A stretch of 64,000 nt of DNA from Eledone cirrhosa (GCA_964016885.1 OZ024754.1:29450001-29514000); one strand, 5' to 3'. Numbered from the stretch's first letter, positions 45,461-59,431 are shown. Numbers and translations are program-made. Notes: generated by a model not told the origin, from the letters alone.

Positions 45461-45505
45461 AGTCATAGTTCTTTCGTCACACACTCTGTGACCTCTTCAG
45501 TGACT
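45461..45505 (-). ncRNA. minimal type I hammerhead ribozyme in a PLE pseudo-LTR
   Basis: AGTCA-CTGAAGA-G-GTCACA-GAGTG-TGTGAC-GAA-AGAACT-A-TGACT. Confidence 0.9.
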
Positions 45506-45810
45506 GGGGATTTCTTTCTTCGTTCCTGTGCCTTTCCTTTCTTCTATCCTACGCCATTTTGTTTGTGTGTGGGTTGCGTGCTCCGTTTGCGCATGCGTCA
45601 CATCCGGGTGTCTGTGTGTGTTTGTGTTCATTTTTCTATTTTTCTATTTATATTTTTCTATTTGTTTGTTTATTTATTTATTTATTGTTGGTTGGTTGTT
45701 TGTTCTATGTGTGTGTGTGTTTTCATTTTGTCTTGTGTGTGTTTTCATTTTGTGTGTGTTTTCAATTGTAAGTTGTTTGTTCTATGTGTGTGTGTGTTTT
45801 CATTTTGTCC

Positions 45811-46254
45811 TTAATTGTAAGTTGTGATGTTGCTGTTCCACTCATGTTTTCTATTTAATTTTGGTTTTAATTCTTTTATGCTTACTGCCTCTGTAATTTG
45901 CCTAAACATTGCGTCTTTCTTGTGTGTGGATTCTATTTTTATTTCTATGCTCTCTAATTTACCCCTGTGTTCTATCTTAGCATGTTGGTAGAGTACAGAT
46001 GATTCTTTATTATCTTGGAGGTCTCGCCAGTGTTCATTTATTCGTTCCCCTATACTACGAGCTGTCTCACCTATGTACACTATATTTTTGTTTCTACATT
46101 GTCCTTCAGTACATCTTATGCTATACACTACATTTCTAGTTTTACAGTTAATATGGGGGCTTATTTTACAGGTTATACATTTCTTATCTATACATGAGGG
46201 TCTTTGGAACGGGTATGTCTTGCTAATGAGTGTTTTTACGGAGGTACCAGGTCT
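45811..46254 (-). CDS. 5'-truncated PLE ORF: Cys-rich linker and GIY-YIG endonuclease
   Basis: Uninterrupted frame RPGTSVKTLISKTYPFQRPSCIDKKCITCKISPHINCKTRNVVYSIRCTEGQCRNKNIVYIGETARSIGERINEH...LYQH...RQITEAVSIKELKPKLN. Confidence 0.9.
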   Translation of the reverse strand, partial: RPGTSVKTLISKTYPFQRPSCIDKKCITCKISPHINCKTRNVVYSIRCTEGQCRNKNIVYIGETARSIGERINEHWRDLQDNKESSVLYQHAKIEHRGKLESIEIKIESTHKKDAMFRQITEAVSIKELKPKLNRKHEWNSNITTYN

Positions 46255-46802
46255 AACGGAGATTCATTCGGTCTCCTAGTTAGAATTTAGTCTACGACTT
46301 CTGCTATACCATTTACGTGGTTTTGTCTTTGCGTGCTATTGTTCTCCACACTCCACATATGACGTATTATCTTCGTTTTTTTCGTTCATTGCCAGAGAAC
46401 GTCTCTATGCACCACCTAATAGAACATTAGTCTACGACCTCTTTTATACCATAAACGTGGTTCTGTCTTTGCGCGTAATTGTTTTTCACCGCTCCTATTA
46501 ATGACGTATCTTATTCGTTTTATCCCGTTCTTAGCCAGCGAACGTTACTACGAACCAAAGTACCGTCTTCCTGTCTTCCTCCGGTTGCAACGTTTTTTGA
46601 AATATCCAGTTCTGCGTTTACAGATTGACTTTGTTAGTTTCAGAAGATCCCGTTAATGGTGAAAGCAGCGATTCTTTGCTTAAACTTTAATCTGTTATTT
46701 TAATAAATATTTGCTCTACGGTTCTTATATATTTGATATATATTTATCCTTATCGAGCCCTCTTTGGATTTTAGTCTTCAAATTTATTATTATTACTATA
46801 AA

Positions 46803-46989
46803 GGGCGGTGGATTGGCAGTATCGGTAGAGGGTCGGACGCCATGCTTTCCAGCATAGTTCCGTCCCTTTACGATCTGAGTTCAAATCCCGCCGAGGTTGA
46901 CTTTGCCTTTCATCCTTACGGGGTCGATAAAATAAAGTACCAGTAATACACTGGATAATTGCTGGCCTTGTGCCTAAAGTAGAAACAAT

Positions 46990-46992
<3 letters not shown>
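46803..46992 (+). mobile_element. OK-like SINE, full length
   Basis: A box TGGCAGTATCGG, B box GAGTTCAAATCC, core and tail; attactata on both sides. Confidence 0.9.
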
Positions 46993-47081
<89 letters not shown>

Positions 47082-47122
47082 TTACAAACAACAATCAAAG
47101 AGTGTTTAGAACATTTAATCAT

Positions 47123-47166
47123 TTACGAACGTTTCATCCTACCTCAAGGCTGAATCATCAGCGTAA
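47123..47166 (-). ncRNA. minimal type I hammerhead ribozyme
   Basis: TTACG-CTGATGA-TTCAGCCTTGAGGTAGGAT-GAA-ACGT-T-CGTAA; the element starts right after a (TA)/(TG) tract. Confidence 0.75.
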
Positions 47167-47537
47167 TATAAGAAAGGTTAAAACACAAATATAATATCAG
47201 AAGTTTGTCATAAGAACATTTTGAGGATACATAATATGGGAAGTAAGCATATGTATCAACATTTATATAAGAAAAGATAGCTAAGGTAGAAGAAGCATAT
47301 GAAAGATATGAGCATATAAATGTAATAAAATAAAATTAGGTGCAGCTAAAAGCGTTAAAAATTAAAAAAATTAAAATTCATAAGCATTACAAAAGTTTAT
47401 AACATTAATAAGGGCGGGTGTGCAGTTCAAATATAAGACTTAAGAATATAAGAATATAAAAATACATCTCCAAAATATATTTTGATAAACATTTCGACTG
47501 CGTCATTCAGTCATAAAGATAAAGTATTATTTTTCAA

Positions 47538-48105
47538 TCGAGGTTAACTTTGCCTTTCATCTTTACGGGGTCGATAAAATAAAGTACCAGTAATGTACTG
47601 GGTAATTGCTGGCCTTGTGCCTAAAGTAGAAACAATTATTTTTCAAAGGTAATAATTGTTTCTACTTTAGGCACAAGGCCAGCAAATTACCCAGTACATT
47701 ACTGGTACTTTATTTTATCGACCCCGTAAGGATGAAAGACAAAGTTAACCTCGACGGGATTTGAACTCAGACCGTAAAGGGACGTAACTATGGTGGAAAG
47801 CATGGCGTCCGACCCTCTACCGATACTGCCAATCCACAGGCAATAATGTCGAATGAGTGTAGTCAGCAAAATAAAAATAAAATATAGGTTAAAGTGTTAT
47901 TATTATTAATCAAAGGGCGGTGGATTGGCAGTATCGGAAGAGAGTCGGACGCCATGCTTTCCAGCATAGTTACGTCCCTTTACGGTCTGAGTTCAAATCC
48001 TGTCGAGGTTAACTTTGCCTTTCATTCTTACGGCGTCGAAAAAATAAAGTACCAGTAATGTACTGGGTAATTGCTGGCCTTGTGCCAAAAGTAGAAACAA
48101 TTATT
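47538..48105. mobile_element. three OK-like SINEs in alternating orientation (+ partial, -, +)
   Basis: 47538-47640, 47650-47837 and 47914-48105. Confidence 0.9.
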
Positions 48106-48899
48106 AATCAAACTATTTAGGAATTAATGTTGAATAAATATAATCAGCAAAGAAAATCCAATATAGAATAAGTGTTATCATCGGAAAATATACTAAGCAT
48201 AAATATATATATACAGGCAATATAGACTAAAACTATATAAGAGAATACTTTAATTTTTAGGGTTGTTTTAATTGACTGAAGACTTTTGTTATTTTAACTT
48301 TTCATCTTTCCTGCAATTCCTTTACCATTTGCCTCTACAACAATATTCAATTTAATAACTTTGAATAAGATAGCAAAAATAGCTGGGAAGATGGAATTAA
48401 CTTCTATATTACAAAGATTCATTAGAAGCAACAAAGCTGTTGTTATTGTTGTTGTTGTTGGTGGTGGTGGTAGTAGTGGTGGTGGTAGTCGTGGCGGTGC
48501 TGCTGTTATTGTTGTTGTTGTACAATAATTCGTGCCAATGGGTACCATGGGTTTTGATTTGCAGACTGTTCATTCCCAGCTAAACCCATATTCTTTTATA
48601 GATTTGGAACAAAAATATCTTTGACAAAGGAATCACAAAATATACTGGGTAAAATGCCAGTAGGAAAATGGTTATGAAGCATTAGATTGTTTTTTAAATG
48701 ATTAAACAATTTGTTCATCTATAATTGATATATTAAACATCTTATGTATTAAAATATGCATTTTAATTACTATTATTATCATTGTTCAAATCCGGCCGAG
48801 GTTAACTTTGCCTTTCATCCTTACGGGTTCGATAAAATAAAGTACCAGTAATACACTGGGGTAATTTCTGGCCTTGTGCCAAAAGTAGAAACAATTATG

Positions 48900-51800
48900 T
48901 ATTGGCAGTATCGGTAGAGGGTGGGACGCCATGCTTTGACGCATAGAGTTACGACCCTTGCCATTCTGTGTTCAGATCCCACCGAGGTTAACTTTGCCTT
49001 TCATCCTTACGGGGTCGATAAAATAAAGTCCCAGTAAAGCACTGGGTAATTGCTGTCCTTGTGCCAAAAGCAGAAACAATTATTATCATTATTATTTTGC
49101 AGATTGTCACTGCATTACCAAGTGCAGCACAGTGAGCCTTGGGTATGTGCAGTGTGCTTTATGGTGTATTGAGAGTACTCTTCATAATATGTGTGCGGTG
49201 CTTGATAATGCTATTAATTGTATGTTGTGTATGAGATTGTATGCTGGGATTTTGGACTTTGGTCATGTATCAGTTTGTGTGTTTTTTATCATAACCAGAG
49301 CACCTATAATTATAGGTATTGCTTCTGTCTTCATCGTCTACATTTGTCGATTCACCTTCTACAAAATTTTATACTCATGTTTTCTACTACTCCATATATT
49401 TCCATATTTCTTGTTATCCATGAGAGTGTTATCATATCATATGGTTTACAATAAGCAAACCATGCCATGCTCAGATTTGTGTGCCTCCTTTTGTCAATTA
49501 ATAGCTGATCTTTTGTTCCCCGGCTCCACTTTCAACACCTTTACTATTCAGTTGGTAGCAGCCTACTTTTTTCTAGATATCCATAGAATTCACCAGCCAA
49601 AAGATGTCAGTAGTTTCCTCATTAGTGGAAGATATGTTACTAGTCGAAGATTGGATAGTGTTATGCTTTTTAATTTCTTTGACACATAGCAATGTCTTTC
49701 CCTTTGTCTGCGAACTTGGAACTAAGCTTTTCTACAAGCACACATCCAGCTGTTGTGTTATCCTTTCATAGTGCCTTCTCAGCTTCTTCATCCAATATCA
49801 TTAAATACCATTAGCTTCTGGTTACTTCGAATTTGGTATTTTTCTTATCTGCAATTTTTTATATTTTCTGTAATTATTTGTATGTTGCCTTGAACTTCCA
49901 CATTTCTTAACCTATCTCGGATTTCCTGTAGCCAATCCACTCACGATTATCATTAATATTCTATAGATTGATCCCAAATCCCAGCCATCCCTCCTAAAAG
50001 CTTGGATTTCTTTGACCTCAGGTATCGATATTTGGTATTTGCCAGTCTAATTCCTCAAACAACTTTCTCTGATTAGCTTCAAATAAACTCTTCAGCCTGA
50101 TCTGCTTTATTCTACTGTCGTATCTCTACAAGCTTGCCTTGATCGTTACTGCTCCTTGCTTCAATTCTTCCAATACCACATCATACATTTTATATTTTAT
50201 TCTTTATGTTCTTTCCAGCCATATTTTTTGTGATTTCATTCCATAATTCCTTTTATGGTTTTCAATCTATCAATTTGTCTCAACTTCCTTAACAAATTCG
50301 TTAACGCCAATATGGTTCTTTTCGTTATGTTTGTTCCCTTCTTCTGTATCCAACATTCTCTGCGAAAACATTTCCGGTAACCTTGTTAATCTTGTTAGCG
50401 TCAGTTATATTTACTTTACGCCTCTCTTCTTATCTGAGATTGAGAGGTGTTTCACCCTGACCTTCTATATCATATTGACACGTCTTCCTTACTATTTCTT
50501 ATTGATCATCATCATCATATCATTGTAATATAGTCCTTTCCACTAATTCTTCTTCTTCTTCTTCTTCTTCTTCTTCTTCTTCTTCTTCTTCTTCTTCTTC
50601 TTCTTCTTCTTCTTCTTCTTCTTCTTCTTCTTCTTCTTCTTCTTCTTCTTCTTCTTCTTCTTCTTCTTCTTCTTCTTCTTCTTCTTCTTCTACCATAGTA
50701 TTGCTATAATGTTTATGAACCATGCCTAAATAAAGCACCGGTCAGATTTTTGAGGGGTTTTAATCAATTAACTCTCCGGCAAAGATTTGTGTGCCAGATT
50801 TGTGTGCCTCCTTTTGTCAATTAATAGCTGATCTTTTGTTCCCCGGCTCCACTTTCGACACCTTTTCTATTCAGTTGGTAGCAGCCTACTTTTTTCTAGA
50901 TATCCATAGAATTCACCAGCCAAAAGATGTCAGTAGTTTCCTCATTAGTGGAAGACATGTTATTAGTCGAAGATTGGATAGTGTTATGCTTTTTAATTTC
51001 CTTGACACATAGCAATGTCTTTCCCTTTTGTCTCCGAACTTGGAACTAAGCTTTTCTACAAGCACACATCCAGCTGTTGTGTTATCCTTTCATAGAGCCT
51101 TCTCAGCTTCTTCATCCAATATCATTAAATACCATTAGCTTCTGGTTACTTCGAATTTCATTGTAATATAGTCCTTTCCACTAATTCTTCTTCTTCTTCT
51201 TCTTCTTCTTCTTCTTCTTCTTCTTCTTCTTCTTCTTCTTCTTCTTCTTCTTCTTCTTCTTCTTCTTCTTCTTCTTCTTCTTTCTTCTTCTTCTTCTTCT
51301 TCTTCTTCTTCTTCTTCTTCTTCTTCTTCTTCTTCTTCTTCTACCATAGTATTGCTATAATGTTTATGAACCATGCCTAAATAAAGCACCGGTCAGATTT
51401 TTGAGGGGTTTTAATCAATTAACTCTCCGGCAAAGCCCTAAAATTGCAGACCTTGTGCCTAAAGTAGAAATCATTATTCGATACCGAAAAATAGCAAAAA
51501 TATAACACAATATAGTAAAACTCAGAAGACAAAAGACTGCGGTGAAACCAGGATAAATAGTAGGGATGTACAAAGCTGGAATGTGTGTCCCACTTATATT
51601 ATTATTGGCAATGGATTGACAGTATCGGTAGAGGGTCGGAAGCCATGCTTTGACGCATAGAGTTACGACCCTTGCCATTCTGTGTTCAAGTCCCGCCGAG
51701 GTTAACTTTACCTTTCATCCTTACGGGGTCGATAAAATAAAGTCCCAGTAAAGCACTGGGTAATTGCTGTCCTTGTGCCAAAAGCAGAAACAATTATTAT

Positions 51801-54800
51801 CATTATTATTTTGCAGATTGTCACTGCATTACCAAGTGCAGCACAGTGAGCCTTGGGTATGTGCAGTGTGCTTTATGGTGTATTGAGAGTACTCTTCATA
51901 ATATGTGTGCGGTGCTTGATAATGCTATTAATTGTATGTTGTGTATGAGATTGTATGCTGGGATTTTGGACTTTGGTCATGTATCTGTTTGTGTGTTTTT
52001 TATCATAACCAGAGCACCTATTATTATAGGTATTGCTTCTGTCTTCATCGTCTACATTTGTCGATTCACCTTCTACAAAATGTTATACTCATGTTTTCTA
52101 CTACTCCATATATTTCCATATTTCTTGTTATCCATGAGAGTGTTATCATATGGTTTACAATAAGCAAACCATGCCATGCTCAGATTTGCGTGCCTCCTTT
52201 TGTCAATTAATAGCTGATCTTTTGTTCCCCGGCTCCACTTTCAACACCTTTTCTATTCAGTTGGTAGCAGCCTACTTTTTTCTAGATATCCATAGAATTC
52301 ACCAGCCAAAAGATGTCAGTAGTTTCCTCATTAGTGGAAGACATGTTATTAGTCGAAGATTGGATAGTGTTATGCTTTTTAATTTCTTTGACACATAGCA
52401 ATGTCTTTCCTTTTGTCTCCGAACTTGGAACTAAGCTTTTCTACAAGCACACATCCAGCTGTTGTGTTATCCTTTCATAGAGCCTTCTCAGCTTCTTCAT
52501 CGAATATCATTAAATACCATTAGCTTCTGGTTACTTCGAATTTGGTATTTTTCTTATCTGCAATTTTTTATATTTTCTGTAATTATTTGTATGTTGCCTT
52601 GAACTTCCACATTTCTTAACCTATCTCGGATTTCCTGTAGCCAATCCACTCACGATTATCATTAATATTCTATAGATTGATCCCAAATCCCAGCCATCCC
52701 TCCTAAAAGCTTGGATTTCTTTGACCTCAGGTATCGATATTTGGTATTTACCAGTCTAATTCCTCAAACAACTTTCTCTGATTAGCTTCAAACAAACTCT
52801 TCAGCCTGAACTGCTTTATTCTACTGTCGTATCTCTACAAGCTTGCCTTGATCGTTACTGCTCCTTGCTTCAATTCTTCCAATACCACATCATATATTTT
52901 ATATTTTATTCATTATGTTCTTTCCAGCCATATTTTTTTGTGATTTCATTCCATAATTCCTTTTATGGTTTTCAATCTATCAATTTGTCTCAACTCCCTT
53001 AACAAATTCGTTAACGCCAATATGGTTCTTTTCGTTATGTTTGTTCCCTTCTTCTGTATCCAACATTCTCTGCGAAAACATTTCCGGTAACCTTGTTAAT
53101 CTTGTTAGCGTCAGTTATATTTACTTTACGCCTCTCTTCTTATCTGAGATTGAGAGGTGTTTCACCCTGGCCTTCTATATCATATTGACACGTCTTCCTT
53201 ACTATTTCTTATTGATCATCATCATATCATTGTAATATAGTCCTTTCCACTAATTCTTCTTCTTCTTCTTCTTCTTCTTCTTCTTCTTCTTCTTCTTCTT
53301 CTTCTTCTTCTTCTTCTTCTTCTTCTTCTTCTTCTTCTTCTTCTTCTTCTTCTTCTTCTTCTTCTTCTTCTTCTTCTTCTTCTTCTTCTTCTTCCATAGT
53401 ATTGCTATAATGTTTATGAACCATGCCTAAATAAAGCACCGGTCAGATTTTTGAGGGGTTTTAATCAATTAACTCTCCGGCAAAGCCCTAAAATTGCAGA
53501 CCTTGTGCCTAAAGTAGAAATCATTATTCGATACCGAAAAATAGCAAAAATATAACACAATATAGTAAAACTCAGAAGACAAAAGACTGCGGTGAAACCA
53601 GGATAAATAGTAGGGATGTACAAAGCTGGAATGTGTGTCCCACTTATATTATTATTGGCAATGGATTGACAGTATCGGTAGAGGTGTCGGAAGCCATGCT
53701 TTGACGCATAGAGTTACGGCCCTTTCCATTCTGAGTTCAAGTCCCGCCGAGGTTAACTTTGCCTTTCATCCTTACGGGGTCGATAAAATAAAGTCCCAGT
53801 AAAGCACTGGGTAATTGCTGTCCTTGTGCCAAAAGCAGAAACAATTATTATCATTATTATTTTGCAGATTGTCACTGCATTACCAAGTGCAGCACAGTGA
53901 GCCTTGGGTATGTGCAGTGTGCTTTATGGTGTATTGAGAGTACTCTTCATAATATGTGTGCGGTGCTTGATAATGCTATTAATTGTATGTTGTGTATGAG
54001 ATTGTATGCTGGGATTTTGGACTTTGGTCATGTATCAGTTTGTATGTTTTTTATCATAACCAGAGCACCTATAATTATAGGTATTGCTTCTGTCTTCATC
54101 GTCTACATTTGTCGATTCACCTTCTACAAAATGTTATACTCATGTTTTCTACTACTCCATATATTTCCATATTTCTTGTTATCCATGAGAGTGTTATCAT
54201 ATCATATGGTTTACAATAAGCAAACCATGCCATGCTCAGATTTGCGTGCCTCCTTTTGTCAATTAATAGCTGATCTTTTGTTCCCCGGCTCCACTTTCGA
54301 CACCTTTTCTATTCAGTTGGTAGCAGCCTACTTTTTTCTAGATATCCATAGAATTCACCAGCCAAAAGATGTCAGTAGTTTCCTCATTAGTGGAAGACAT
54401 GTTATTAGTCGAAGATTGGATAGTGTTATGCTTTTTAATTTCTTTGACACATAGCAATGTCTTTCCTTTTGTCTCCGAACTTGGAACTAAGCTTTTCTAC
54501 AAGCACACATCCAGCTGTTGTGTTATCCTTTCATAGAGCCTTCTCAGCTTCTTCATCGAATATCATTAAATACCATTAGCTTCTGGTTACTTCGAATTTG
54601 GTATTTTTCTTATCTGCAATTTTTTATATTTTCTGTAATTATTTGTATGTTGCCTTGAACTTCCACATTTCTTAACCTATCTCGGATTTCCTGTAGCCAA
54701 TCCACTCACGATTATCATTAATATTCTATAGATTGATCCCAAATCCCGCCATCCCTCCTAAAAGCTTGGATTTCTTTGACCTCAGGTATCGATATTTGGT

Positions 54801-56555
54801 ATTTGCCAGTCTAATTCCTCAAACAACTTTCTCTGATTAGCTTCAAACAAACTCTTCAGCCTGAACTGCTTTATTCTACTGTCGTATCTCTAAAAGCTTG
54901 CCTTGATCGTTACTGCTCCTTGCTTCAATTCTTCCAATACCACATCATACATTTTATATTTTATTCTTTATGTTCTTTCCAGCCATATTTTTTGTGATTT
55001 CATTCCATAATTCCTTTTATGGTTTTCAATCTATCAATTTGTCTCAACTCCCTTAACAAATTCGTTAACGCCAATATGGTTCTTTTCGTTATGTTTGTTC
55101 CCTTCTTCTGTATCCAACATTCTCTGCGAAGTCATTTCCGGTAACCTTGTTAATCTTGTTAGCGTCAGTTATATTTACTTTACGCCTCTCTTCTTATCTG
55201 AGATTGAGAGGTGTTTCACCCTGGCCTTCTATATCATATTGACACTTCTTCCTTACTATTTCTTATTGATCATCATCATATCATTGTAATATACTCCTTT
55301 CCACTAATTCTTCTTCTTCTTCTTCTTCTTCTTCTTCTTCTTCTTCTTCTTCTTCTTCTTCTTCTTCTTCTTCTTCTTCTTCTTCTTCTTCTTCTTCTTC
55401 TTCTTCTTCTTCTTCTTCTTCTTCTTCTTCTTCTTCTTCTTCTTCTTCTTCTTCTTCTTCTTCTTCTTCTTCTTCTACCATAGTATTGCTATAATGTTTA
55501 TGAACCATGCCTAAATAAAGCACCGGTCAGATTTTGGAGGGGTTTTAATCAATTAACTCTCCGGCAAAGATTTGTGTGCCAGATTTGTGTGCCTCCTTTT
55601 GTCAATTAATAGCTGATCTTTTGTTCCCCGGCTCCACTTTCGACACCTTTTCTATTCAGTTGGTAGCAGCCTACTTTTTTCTAGATATCCATAGAATTCA
55701 CCAGCCAAAAGATGTCAGTAGTTTCCTCATTAGTGGAAGACATGTTATTAGTCGAAGATTGGATAGTGTTATGCTTTTTAATTTCCTTGACACATAGCAA
55801 TGTCTTTCCCTTTTGTCTCCGAACTTGGAACTAAGCTTTTCTACAAGCACACATCCAGCTGTTGTGTTATCCTTTCATAGAGCCTTCTCAGCTTCTTCAT
55901 CCAATATCATTAAATACCATTAGCTTCTGGTTACTTCGAATTTCATTGTAATATAGTCCTTTCCACTAATTCTTCTTCTTCTTCTTCTTCTTCTTCTTCT
56001 TCTTCTTCTTCTTCTTCTTCTTCTTCTTCTTCTTCTTCTTCTTCTTCTTCTTCTTCTTCTTCTTCTTCTTCTTCTTCTTCTTCTTCTTCTTCTTCTTCTT
56101 CCATAGTATTGCTATAATGTTTATAAACCATGCCTAAATAAAGCACCGGTCAGATTTTGGAGCGGTTTTAATTAATTAACTCTCCGGCAAAGCCCTAAAA
56201 TTGCAGACCTTGTGCCTAAAGTAGAAATCATTATTCGATACCGAAAAATAGCAAAAATATAACACAATATAGTAAAACTCAGAAGACAAAAGACTGCGGT
56301 GAAACCAGGATAAATAGTAGGGATGTACAAAGCTGGAATGTGTATCCCACTTATATTGTTATTGGCAATGGATTGACAGTATCGGTAGAGGGTCGGAAGC
56401 CATGCTTTGACGCATAGAGTTACGGCCCTTTCCATTCTGAGTTCAAAACCCACCGAGGTTAACATTGCCTCATCCTTACGGGGTCGATCAAATAAAGTAC
56501 CAGTTATCTACTGGTTAATTGCTGGCCTTGTGCCAAAAGTAGAAACAATTATTAT
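48900..56555. repeat. higher-order tandem segmental array bounded by SINEs
   Basis: Three near-identical copies of SINE + LINE fragment + (TTC)n block, two with an extra internal ~650 bp duplication; repeated ORFs appear in the track. Confidence 0.95.
49090..50520 (-). pseudogene. R4/Dong-like LINE 3' fragment (copies also at ~51800-53225 and ~53850-55280)
   Basis: Minus frames give IPIIIGAL and IALSSTAHIL*RVLS, then an (AAT)n tail; many stops. Confidence 0.7.
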
Positions 56556-58170
56556 TGGTAGTTGCATTTGTTATGCCCAAACTGACTGTTTGAGTAACAT
56601 TAAAATTTATCATAATAGTATTTATCTAGCATTGTAATGAAATTATATTTCATAATTTAAGCCTTTTCATACCACACAATTTTAAAGAGTTTAATTTATC
56701 TGAAACCTTTCCTTATAATTTTATGAAAGAATCTTTGTTAAGTTTCTTCTAACACGAGATAAAGAATTGAAATACCATTTATTTTATAAAATCTCTTCAA
56801 ATTGTTAATTATTTTGAAAATATCTGAATACCACAGACAGTGGATATGATTAGAAATGTGGCAACGGAAGTGTTTATTAATATCATTTCTGAAGAAAGAC
56901 ATCATTTTTACTAATTCTGTTTCTGAATTCAATCTCTGTGTATTTCCATTCTCGTTCATATGTGAGAAGCATTATGCATCAACACGAAAGATTTCTGCTT
57001 CGATAAGTCTTCGACTCGTTTATCAAATCCAAATGTTACCGTTACTCGAATCAAATTATTTTTTTCCTGACTAATATATCGAAAAAGCTTCCAACTTGGA
57101 TAATAATTAGATTTTAAATAAATGCTTTGTACAATTCTCATTGCTTCTATAGCTCTACAGCTTTCCAGTAAATACATTTTACTTCTGTCATTACTTATGT
57201 AGCACTAATGTTCTACTAATTATTTTTAGATGTCTCATAACTTGTATACTACTGCAGCTGTCTAATCAATACGTTTTAGTTCTGCCATTGCTTTTACAGT
57301 ACTTCAGCTTTACTAAATACCACTAGTTCTGTCATTGGCTATATAACACTGCAGTTGTACTCATTACTTTTACCGTCATGGTTTATGACACACTGTGAAA
57401 TATATGGTTATGACTGCTGTGGGAAAGTCGGTCTTACTTTTGAAAAAAGGAGTCCAAATTTCAAAATTACATGAAATTTAAAGTAAAAATATAAACCACT
57501 GTTTAGTCTTATTTTTCTTACTTTATTCTTGTATACCTAACTTACATTGTAATGGCTTTCCCACAACAGCCATAACGGAATACTTTCAGTTGTTTGTCGT
57601 TACTATCTGTCATCTTACTTTTGTCAGCGGTTTCTACACATTTAGAATATTAAATCAAGATTAAAGTAATTGAATATTATCTAGAAAACTGAAATCATTA
57701 CTGGATTGGCCAAATCTATAAAAGATCAGAACCAGCTATAATATCACACGTATTCTAATTTTCAGAGAAAATTTTAATGGCTTTCATATTTCTATGACAT
57801 TATAATGGCGGAAATGCCACACAAATAGGTGAACTAATATTTATTAAGACATCTTTAGCGACTGTGAATCCTGAATCACTGGACCAATAAACTATAAACC
57901 AATCTAAAACTTCTATTTATTAATCAAAATGTCTCTACTGATTTAGATATTGGGAGATAACTTGTGAAACTTTTTAATTCATACATTTACAGTGACTAAA
58001 GAGTTGAATATTCGGAGAAAGATATACTACATAATAAAATTACTTTTATATGTCCTACCTCTGTACTCATGATATATTTATATTGCAATTAAACCATCAG
58101 GAATTAAGCGTATTGTACAGACTGATAATTTACACGTTCACACACACACATATATATGTACATATATATA

Positions 58171-58850
<680 letters not shown>

Positions 58851-59008
58851 CTATATATATATATATATATATATGTAGATAAATCTACCAAAAGTTTACG
58901 GTAGTGTCCAATCCGTATGAAGAACTCAATGTAATCCGGATATCATGGAAAGAAGAGATGCATTCAAAAATCACTTTCGGTGAAAGATAAACGGAATACA
59001 GAGTCAAG

Positions 59009-59422
59009 ATAAAATGTTAAAAAAAAAATAATGAATAAAACAATGAAACAGTTCCTTATATTAAACAAAAAAAGTTCATTATTTAACGATCGTTTCTAGG
59101 ACATATATGTGTTAGAATTGGCATGCATATTCAACAGATCTATGTACAAAATTATACAAAATTATACAAACTATCAAATATAATATACATACCAACACAT
59201 ACATATGCCGTCTTCAGAAATTTCTGAAGACGGCATATGTATGTGTTGGTATGTATATTATATTTGATAGTTTGTATAATTTTGTATAATTTTGTACATA
59301 GATCTGTTGAATATGCATGCCAATTCTAACACATATATGTCCTAGAAACGATCGTTAAATAATGAACTTTTTTTGTTTAATATAAGGAACTGTTTCATTG
59401 TTTTATTCATTATTTTTTTTTA

Positions 59423-59431
<9 letters not shown>
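59009..59431. repeat. essentially perfect ~420 bp palindrome; each arm carries a long-stem-II hammerhead
   Basis: Centre cagaaa|tttctg at 59220/59221. Plus strand 59220-59360 reads ATTT-CTGAAGA-[~114 nt hairpin]-GAA-ACGATCGT-T-AAAT. Confidence 0.9.

Larger units (their letters stand above)
45250..46254 (-). mobile_element. Penelope-like element 3' portion (Cys linker, GIY-YIG, pseudo-LTR with hammerhead)
   Basis: ORF and downstream hammerhead on the same strand; the pseudo-LTR has a homolog at 59500-59700. Confidence 0.85.

Noticed and set aside
46636-46680. Hammerhead-like CAGAAGA...GAAA
   Set aside because: U4 is mutated, stem II is weak, and there is no convincing stem I or III.
50520-56146. 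Poly-Glu/Arg/Leu ORFs and the 185 aa hydrophobic plus-strand ORFs (49132, 53897)
   Set aside because: These are (TTC)n translations and the antisense frame of a decayed LINE fragment.
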